Assembly (NCBI GenBank): GCA_951406725.2
Contig: OX597823.1
Span: forward strand, 103,478,001-103,542,000
DNA from: Octopus vulgaris
Lineage: Eukaryota
Direction of reading: 5' to 3'
DNA: 64,000 nt
A program made the translations under genes and the position numbers. Positions 54,222 to 64,000 of this stretch are shown in pieces. The stretch's first letter is position 1. Each line of letters begins with the position of its first letter. Under the pieces are notes generated by a model that was not told where the DNA came from, did no database searches, and was given only the letters and a program-made list of their open reading frames with translations.

Positions 54222-54508
54222 TCAATCATGGCCTGGATCACACCAACAAATTCAGGAGTTCTTTTCTTATTAGAACGATCAGGGTGAGTAACACTCTGAA
54301 ATGTCCGTATTGGAGTTTCCGACCGGAATGTCAATTTGGAAACATGTCGTTTCCAAATTTCTAGCGGAGTGAACTTCGTCATAATGCTGTTGTTCTCACA
54401 GACAGTGTCCAACTGACCCTACTATACTGTGTAGTCGACAAAATCAAAAACAATGTGCATGTAAGAAATAAAAAATATAAAATAACGAGTTTACCCATCG
54501 TACCTTAT
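54222..54508 (-). mobile_element. Tc1/mariner (maT/DD37D-like, inferred) 5' end with deleted transposase N-terminus
   Basis: MTKFTPLEIWKRH..DRSNKKRTPEFVGVIQAMID resembles HTH-region motifs; decayed TIR next to (TA)n. Confidence 0.55.
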
Positions 54509-54517
54509 ATATATATA

Positions 54518-54589
<72 letters not shown>

Positions 54590-54719
54590 TTATATATATA
54601 TACTTATATATATTTATATATATACATATATATTTATATATCACGTTAGTAGAGTTAGAGGTTGGGATTAACCGTCTAAGGGATAAAAATATCCGTTTTA
54701 CTACCGGGTATTATTACCT

Positions 54720-55310
54720 ATGTTAACCAATTTAATCAATTTGCTGTTAATAATAATTTGTCTTGCAAATAACTTGCACATGCAAGTGCTACAAGTCAAA
54801 AGCTCCGTATACCGGAAGCCAGCAAGTGTATGGGGTCATCAGGAGAGAATTCGCGCCGTTTTGGGGCCTACCACTCGACGGCATCAATGCGCACCGGTCC
54901 CCCTCACTGATATGAAGCCCCGCTTGCTAGATCAGCTGGTTATCAAGTTAAGCTCAATATCCTTCTAGCCATCGCTCATCCTCTCTTTTTAATCAAATCC
55001 AGTGGCTAGCCTTCTCCACTGTAGATTGGATATCGGTCATGGTGGTATTGACTTTACGATGAGTTAGGCCTAACGATAACAACAGTCGTCTCACACTGTG
55101 TCCAACGAACCCTCTACATCCGACTTCGATTGGAAAATGTTCAGCTTTCCAGCCTGCGTCTTCACATTCCTCGAGGAGGTTTACATAACGGTCAATCTTT
55201 CGAGCCCGAGCGGCGTCCATATTATCTTCATGAGGAACCGTTAACTCGACTTTATTTACAACTTTCTTTCTTTCACACCACATCAAAATATCTGTTTTTT
55301 TTCGTAATTG
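54720..55310 (-). mobile_element. HERO/NeSL-like non-LTR 3' end with restriction-like endonuclease
   Basis: TDILMW..VELTVPHED..ARKIDRY..EC..GW..PIEVGCRGF..LLSLG..EKASHWI; the N-terminal part of the track ORF is SINE-derived. Confidence 0.85.
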
Positions 55311-55314
55311 GGAT

Positions 55315-55453
55315 GTGTGTGTGTGTGTGTGCATGTTTATATGTCTGTGTTTGTCCCCCCAACATCGCTTGACAACCGATGCTGATGTGTTTACGTCCCC
55401 GTAACTTAGCGGTTCGGCAAAAGAGACCGATATAATAAGTACTAGGCTTACAA
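55315..55453 (+). mobile_element. SINE family B, 3' half
   Basis: CATCGCTTGACAACCGATGCTGATGTGTTTACGTCCCCGTAACTTAGCGGTTCGGCAAAAGAGACCG. Confidence 0.88.
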
Positions 55454-55679
55454 ACACATTTATTAACTTCCTATTCTCCATTCTCTTTTCTTCTTTTAAA
55501 TGAATATAAACTATATGTTTTTATATATATACCCATTATTTTAAGGAGATTCATTCCCCAAAAATACTTAGTGTTGAACCAGTATTTCCTTGGCTGAAAC
55601 CATTCCTTCATGAAATTTAAACATCCTCTAATTGAATCATACATACATACATACATACATACATACATACATACATACA

Positions 55680-55710
<31 letters not shown>

Positions 55711-56964
55711 GTATGTAGGTACGGTATATTCTGTTACGAACGTAGTAGAGTACAGTATAAAGTTCGTCCATTTTCAGATTTATCCTGTGCTATGCAGTAG
55801 CATTATTATAAGTACTTTCAGGTTTGTGTTTGGGCATCTGTCGTGTGTGAATCGATAATTGAAAAATTGGAGTAAAAAACCAGGTGTACGGTTGGACATT
55901 TATATCTAAATCACTACAATTGTTTCTATGCATGTACTTGATTATGCAACTATTTCCCTGCATTATGAAATCCTAGTTGGGCTTCCTCAGGTGATATGTA
56001 AATATTATCTCCGTAAGTTCAAAATCCTCGGCTTCAAGAACATCCTCTGTGCTTGCCGTGGCCTAAATTTAGTAGCAGTCACTGAGCTTATCAGGGTGTG
56101 TTGTTGCTGAAGGGCCGTTGGCAAACTTCTTTGAATGTATAGATGTAGTGGGATGGTGGTCCTGCTACTGTTAAAATGGTTGCCGTTTTAAAGGGATTGG
56201 CATTTATTTGTACTGTTGATTTGTTCTTCACGGTTGTTCTTCAGGTTGTTCAAGATGATGGACTCAGCCAAAAGGGAGCTGGAACAAGGCTGGCCAATAT
56301 ACATCGGCAGAACTATTTACCTCCAGCGTATCATATTTCTAATCCATGCTGTCTTCAATACTTTACCAAGTCCAATAAACCTTCACACACAGAGCAGGGC
56401 ATCTCTCCAACAGCTGCCCTAGAACCTTAACCGAGGGCCACTGACACTGGCGACATGACCAGATGCTCAGGGCGGTTGTAGAGGTGATATAGTCAGACAT
56501 TCAGTCCATAATTGAAAGCGACTAGGTGGATAAAGAGGGCTGACCAGTGATTTGCTGGTATGGGGAAATATAATTCGTTTGAAACATTTTAATGTACTGT
56601 AAAGTTCATGAATGCACGATTAAACTAATTCCGAGTGTCAGGTACATAGCTGGAAGCTAGAGAATAGAATTTCATAAGATTCAGAGATATAAAACTTCAA
56701 AATCTTTTTATTGGCCGTGTAATGTTCTGGAAAATTTAACATTTCCTCTTTTATATTAAATGACAAATGAAGCTTGATAGCGATAAACAATATTAGGTTG
56801 TTACTCTTGGTATTTATTTTCAGTCGCTTAGTATAACTAGAAACCTTATATATATTTCCTTATATTTTTTTAATCCTAACAATAACAATTTGTAAGGATT
56901 AATATAAATTACTGTTACGTTTATATGCTTTTACAGCTGATTTTTAAGATACATTTTCCATATA

Positions 56965-57344
56965 TCTCTCTCTCTATATATAAAGCTGAAGTTGTTTGTG
57001 TATGGCAGGTTTGGCAGCCTTCAACTAACACTATCTCCTCTGAGACCCTGCAGTGCAAGTTGACCAAAATTGAGGGTATGATGGAAGAAGGCTTGCTCTT
57101 CGTTCCGTAGAAGAAAAATCGGACCATGTTAACACCCAAAATTATTTATATCAAAAAGGTGCCTTTTTTCTATGAAAATCTCTATTTTTTACGATTTTTT
57201 GACTGTTGTGTCGCCATTTTTCGGTGTATTTCAACCAGAAAAATGTTCACTTAAAGAGAATAACAAGCCACATAATGCAAAATTTTTACTTTTCCAATTC
57301 TAAATGGTCGAAACAAACCCGAGCAACGCGGGGCGATACTGCTA

Positions 57345-57345
<1 letters not shown>
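56965..57345 (+). mobile_element. Non-autonomous Helitron (second copy)
   Basis: A|TC...AAACCCGAGCAACGCGGGGCGATACTGCTAG|T; reverse complement of 26098-26487. Confidence 0.82.
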
Positions 57346-57422
<77 letters not shown>

Positions 57423-59067
57423 TCAAATTTATGAATTCTCTCCTAGCAATAAATGTGTCCATTTATATTCAATTGTGTATGTCACAAACTTAACCGTCTA
57501 CCTTGAAAAACAGATAGATTATAATTTTACAAGTTAAAATAAAAATTCTATATTTACCTATATCCAACTTCATCCACACCCGAAAGAGAGGACTTTGTCA
57601 TCCTTTTATTACCTATAACAGCACAACCCCAAGTTTGTTTGCATAAATCATAAATTTAAGATCGCTTCTACTCTGTAAGTTCGGTTACTTTCTTCATAAT
57701 ATTTCTGATTATTTAATTCATCCCTGCAATCTCTCCAATCATTAATACTCCCCACCTATCTCTCTCTACACACACACCACACTCACATACACACACACAC
57801 TACCTGATTTACTATCAAGGTTGAGTTCCCCAGCCTTTTCATTTCCAAAGGCACTCAAAGGGCAGTAAGAGTTTGTGCTTAGAATTTCTTACATAATATG
57901 CTACTTACCCATAGCTGGAACCCTGATGGGTGCTATTCCGGGTCAAAGTAGACCTGAGAACAATAGTGGCTAAAAGGTTGTCCCATACCCCTCAGAACCT
58001 GGAACTCCAATCACCGGATACAGTTTAAGGCCATACCAGGACATCTGTATATGTACACACACACACGCACACACACACACACACGCACGTATACACATAC
58101 ACGCACGTACACACACACACACACACACACACATACACACACGAGCAGATACGAATTCCTTTCTTTGCACGAATCGCTAATGATAAAATATATCGCTCCG
58201 GCATCGCACATCACCAACTACTCAAAGCAAACAACATAGTGATGCGTGCAAAGTCTTGCGGACAAACTGTGCACGCTCCGGGATATAGGATTGGGAGTGA
58301 AGAACGAACGACCGACGTTGATATACGTGAGGGGCACCCATGATAGTTCCTTCAGGTCATACATGACAGGATAAATTTTCAAGACCAGATAATGACTTAG
58401 AGTCGCAAATTTACACCTGTTTTAACAAAACAACAACTGCGTGAACTGATAAAATCTAAGACATTAACAACATAAGCAAAGTATGACTTGCACAGTGAAC
58501 ACTACATTGCCTTGGCTAAGCGTAGAATTATTGAGATCAAAGTAAATGCTATGATCATTGGGTATTTCGAATGGTTGTAGTTGAAGAATTACATTGGTTA
58601 AATTTACCAGGTTTTTATTAGGTGTAGCCCTCTCCAAGGTGAGTAGTAGCGAACCGTGGTAGACCCTATGTTGGATTCAGGTATCAACAAGAAGGACGTC
58701 AGGAATGGCTAGGTACTTAGTGTTGCGCTCACTGTAAGTTAGAGAAAGCCTTAGTTGTCATTTGTTGATAGTATACTCTAAGTACACATACACATACATG
58801 GTGGTACTCCAGCATGACCGTAGCTGCATGGTTGAAACGAGTAAAAGAGTAAAAGAGAATATATATAATACAAGATATAAATAATGATCATTACATATTT
58901 ATCCAATGTTGATTGCTTCCATTAATGCCAGCATATTGCGATAAACTACATCTACCAACATTATAACGGAGCTCCGAGCCCCCAGAAACAGATGTTGGGC
59001 TTATAACACTTCACTTCTTCCCTTTAATTTTCTTTGTCATTTATATTCTGTGTAAGTTGTATTTATC

Positions 59068-59278
<211 letters not shown>

Positions 59279-59445
59279 ATTTAATTTATTTATCTGCATA
59301 ATTGCCTCTATATCTGCTCAACTTGATCCCTCTTATAGCCTTTCTTTACCCCCACGGAATTGATCCCTTGTGAAGACATTGAAATCTAAGTTTGAATCAT
59401 TTGAGCGCTACTGGGTATCTTCTATACTGAGAATCTCTGGATCTC

Positions 59446-59499
<54 letters not shown>

Positions 59500-60287
59500 T
59501 AAAACTACTAGAAAGGGTTAACTTGGACGGTGATAAATTGTGGAGATGTTTGGTGATTGTATGGGGTTGTTACTTTTGGTTAGGGTGAATGCAGTCTTTT
59601 GGTGAAAGAAGCATTTGTTATACTTATTCGGCAGTGCACTGTGAGCTTGTCAAACGGACTACTGAAAGTTAAGTGTCTTTCAACGACATAACTCAAAATG
59701 ACTTGGAATGAAACATGTCGCAGTAAAATTATTGTATAGAAGTGACTGAATTGTGATTAAAAAAACTGATCTAATAATGTTGATCTGTTCACATTGTTTA
59801 ATGAAGGAATACCAAACATTGGTCGATTAAATTTATGCAGCTGTAAAACCTTATGGATAATATATTACAAAGAATCCGACAATTCTGTCTATTATGTAGT
59901 GTGGATGAGAAACTGTAACTGAAGATTAAGATTATTAACCCCAAAATTTTACGCGTTTTAATAGCAGTAATTTTTTTTTCTTGTTTTGCTTAATTAAAAT
60001 AATTGCTTTTCCTCGTAGTTTTTCATGTCAGCTGTGAAGGTGAAAAGGGTAAACTTGGACAGAGTTAAATAGTGGAGATATTTGTGATTGTATGTGGTGG
60101 TTACTTTTGACTGTTTCTTCTCGATAAGGATAATTGATTGATAACGAATCTTGACACAAGCGGAATCGGACATCATAAATAACCTTAAACTTTTTACACA
60201 CAGTCATACCTCCTGTTGACACCTATACGCCAGACTGAACGCTGTTTTATCTCCGAAGTGAATATTGCAAGTAAAATTTAAACAATT

Positions 60288-61013
60288 AACAGTTATTTAG
60301 CTTTTGTATTTGACGGCTGTTGCTTTAAGTATTTTATTTTGATTTTCACTGACGTATTGGTAAAGAACAACGGAATACGAAACAGTAGTTTCGAATAAAA
60401 ATAAAAATGGAAGTTTTAATCATCCGATGGACAGGCCATAAGGATTACAAAAATAGAGATTCTCACTTTGAAACTGACAATTTTGAAAATCTGTTTAGAT
60501 TATGGAACAACCCGATCTCTCATATATTCATGTTTAAAATTTCAGCGCGATCAGATGAACAATACTCGAGTTATAAGCGCACAAAAACAAACAGAATGAG
60601 CTAATGAGGCAGACCTCTACATGGAAATAGCAGCCAAATCTCCCTCAAAACACGCCACTGTCTTATATATGTATATATGTATGTATTAACAACACTTTGG
60701 CTTTTTGCATTTGACAAATGTTGCTTTAAGTTAGATAATCGTATTGAGCCTTCTACGTAGAGAGAGAGAGAGAGGGGGAGAGAGAGGGAGAGAGAGGGAG
60801 AGAGAGAGGGAGAGAGAAATAAATAAAACAGGACAAAAAGATTACAAAAATAGAGATTCTTACTTTGAAATTGACAATTTCGAAAATCATTTTAGATTAT
60901 GAAACGCGCCGCTCTCTTATGTATCCATGTTTAAGATTTCAGCGTGATCGGATGTACAATATTCGAGTTATAAGCGCACAAACAGACAGACAGAATGGTA
61001 TTTGTATAGTAGA
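60288..61013 (-). mobile_element. Two tandem fragments of one repeat, probably Helitron 5' ends
   Basis: GATTACAAAAATAGAGATTCT..GAGTTATAAGCGCACAAA at 60443-60590 and 60840-60985; the second copy begins TCTACTATAC on the minus strand. Confidence 0.5.
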
Positions 61014-62035
61014 TATATAATCATATGTATGTACAGATCTATTTATGCTGGTCTACACAGTTTTAATGGAAGTGCGGTAAATTTCCTGTAACGTTTGTTT
61101 TGTTTTTTGTTTTAGACTCTTATGTAAGTTTACTGTTATTTCTATCATTTGAATTTGACATGATAAGGCCATTGATCTCCTGCCAACAATAATATTTTAC
61201 CGAAATCAGCTACTGGTTATTTGAAATTTCCTTAGATAAACGATATTCAGTGAATATTAACAATTTACGAGAGACAGAATATTTGAAGAAGACTATTTAT
61301 ATACATCATTTTGCTTTCTTTCATAAAATTATTTTTGAAATATAGAAATAGGAAATGAAAACTTAGCATACTGTTCTACACACATTGAAGAAAGCTCTCC
61401 GCTGAAAAAAATTATGTAAATATTGGTTTTAGGTTTGATAAAGAGCGACATGGTGTCTGTGACAGCGATGTGATTATTGAAATATTTATATAGTGTTGAT
61501 CTAATATTTCTTCAAGGGATATGGCGTTGACTTGACAAAAACATCCAAGAAGAATGAGCTCGTTAATGCACTGAACGTGTAGTGGTGGTGGTGGTGGTGG
61601 TGGTAGTGGTGGTGGTGGTGGTGGTACTGGAGGTGTGAGTGTGTGTGTGTGTGGGGGGGGGCAGAGAAAGGAATATTCATAGACCCTTTTCTGTGTGAAG
61701 AAGAAAAAACAAATATGGGTACGAAAATGTTTCATTTGGTGAAGAACCAAGGCATTTGATTATATACAATTGTAATTGCAGTGAGGAGAAAAAAATTACC
61801 TTATTGATTAATTTCTAGTTTCGCCCCAACAACCGCACAAAACTAAAAGTTAGCATGGGCAACAATTACGAAATAAAAATTGAATTAATTGAAGATTACG
61901 GAGATGTACTTGCATAGCAAGTGACTTAATCTGAGATCGTGTGCTGGAACGAAAACAATTGTAGCATGGAAGGTGTTTATAAACCATTTAAGAAACACAC
62001 AAAACCGTTAGATTCCCTTCAACATTTAAATTTAA

Positions 62036-62086
62036 TTTGTCAAAATATTTTCGTCGCTTTGAAACCACGACCTGTTCACTGACAAA
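62036..62086 (-). ncRNA. Minimal type-I hammerhead motif, G3-C8 core variant
   Basis: Minus strand TTTGTCA-GTGAACA-g-GTCGT ggtttcaaa GCGAC-GAAA-ATAT-TT-TGACAAA; 7-bp stem I, 5-bp stem II, atypical UUU triplet. Confidence 0.6.
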
Positions 62087-62269
62087 ACTTCGTGCTGCAT
62101 CATTGTTGGAATTGAAGATTATCTTTTATTTATTTTTTCCTCGCTTCAGTCATTGCACGGTGGCCGTAGCATGTGTGTGTGTGTGCGCGGTGTGGTAGGG
62201 GGGGGGGGGGGGTGCAGGTCTTGAATGGTTTTATTCGAACGAACCGACACAAGGACTTATTGTTTTTTA

Positions 62270-62375
62270 AGCCTGGTACTTTTCTGTCGGTGTCTTTTCA
62301 TAAACTGCCTAGTTATGGGGACGTAAACAAACCAACATCGGTTTTCAAACGGTGGTGGTGGTGGTTGGGACAAAC
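62270..62375 (-). mobile_element. SINE family B fragment
   Basis: AAGCCTGGTACTT..AGTTATGGGGACGTAAACA..CAACATCGGTT. Confidence 0.7.
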
Positions 62376-62754
62376 ACACACTCACACAAACACACACTCA
62401 CACACTCACGCACTCACACACGCTCACACACACTCACGCACTCACACACACAAACACACACTCACGCGCGCACACGCATACGCACACACACATCTTCTTC
62501 ACATTCAGCCACTTAGAGTTCAACGAAGCATAAACTAAAAGTGGCCAATCCCTAAGATAACTGAAGAATAATTCTCAAGAACTGGAATGAAACAACTGAT
62601 ATACAACTTATAAAGAGGGGCGAAGGTGGTGCGTGGGTGGGGAGGGGGTTGCAATAACCAGGAATGGTTTTTACACGAAAGACAAACAGTTTTTATGGTG
62701 CTAACATACTTAATGTATAGTGAGCCTCACTCAGATAAGTAAAAGAAATACATA

Positions 62755-63245
<491 letters not shown>

Positions 63246-63299
63246 TAGAGATAATCGTTAAAGTACCACCAGGAGTTGGTGCATTGCAGTATTTAACTT

Positions 63300-63720
63300 G
63301 CGGCGAGCCGGCAGAAAGGTTACCACGCCGGACAAAATAATTAGCGGTATTTCGTCCGATTTTAATTTTTGAGCTACACCTCCACTGAGCTTGAAATTGC
63401 GTTTCATCCCTCGGGGTCGATAAAATAAGTACCTGTTGAGCACTGGGGTCGATGCAATCCCTCAAACTTGCTTGCCTTGCGCCAAAAGTCAATATTTAGC
63501 TTCCTTCAAGACGAAAAGCTAACAGAATAGTTACTGCGCTGGGTAAAATGATTAGCGGCATTTGGTCCGACTTTACGTTCTGAGTTCAAATGCCATCGTG
63601 GTTGACTTTGTCATTCATCCTTTCGGAGTAGATTAAATAAGTACTAGATGAGTACCGGGATCGATGTAATCGACTTAACCGTTCCCCCCAACATTGCTGG
63701 CTTTGTGCCAAAATTTGAAA
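63300..63720 (+). mobile_element. Two SINE family C copies
   Basis: GGCGAGCCGGCAGAAA..CACTGGGGTCGAT and ACGTTCTGAGTTCAAAT..TCATCCTTTCGG..GATGTAATCGACT. Confidence 0.8.
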
Positions 63721-64000
63721 TCGATTTTTAACTTGCTCCGTTCGTTTTGTACGATTTGAGTTCACTTATACCGGAAGTAGGCTTACTGACTTCGCCATTA
63801 CTGGACTGGTAAAGGGAAGAAATCTATGAAATAAGGACTATTAGTTGTCGTTGCTTAGCCCCCAGATATCCACAGATTGGGGACACCTGTGATCAAAGGC
63901 GTTCCAGTAACGTCCATTCACTACTTTTGTACAACTGTAACTACATTGTTAAAGGAGCAATTGGATGTGATTCGAGGGAGAATTGTCTGTCATTTTTGCA

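Noticed and set aside
54830-54900. CTGATGA in the HERO-like 3' UTR (minus strand)
   Set aside because: No GAAA in a compatible position for any hammerhead topology.
54993-55481. 162-aa ORF with a signal-peptide-like N-terminus
   Set aside because: The hydrophobic start is antisense SINE-B sequence joined to a truncated RLE domain.
55950-56560. GC-richer stretch with short ORFs
   Set aside because: No recognisable domain in the frames examined; probably an old TE, but cannot be assigned.
58612-58644. Possible 17-nt micro-exon (TTTTATTAG|...AAG|GTGAGT)
   Set aside because: Not frame-preserving, has no partner exons, and probably lies in a dispersed repeat; cannot be supported without RNA-seq.

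Overview
AT-rich eukaryotic DNA with no recognisable host gene. It is almost entirely microsatellites (TA, CA, TATG, TATC, AAT, trinucleotide arrays) and decayed transposons. The SINE and microsatellite repertoire resembles an Octopus (coleoid cephalopod) intron or intergenic region; this is an inference from recalled repeat families, not a search. Nearly all long ORFs in the supplied track are translated microsatellites. Coding remnants are all TE-derived: RTE LINEs (one 5'-inverted with a 12-bp TSD), Penelope-like RT/GIY-YIG fragments, a CR1/L2-group 3' end, an I/Ingi-like CCHC tail, a HERO-like RLE domain and a mariner transposase N-terminus. Non-coding TEs include several tRNA-SINE families (labelled A-D here), Helitrons, hAT and Tc1 MITEs, and a ~550-bp (AAT)n-flanked element. 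The most notable signal is about ten minimal type-I hammerhead-ribozyme-like motifs, several near (TA)n tracts. Their core positions 3 and 8 co-vary (C-G, U-A, G-C, U-G) and, in all but one, stem III is a palindrome of varying sequence. Fold-back inversions recur at many scales. Boundaries were read by eye and may be off by several bases.
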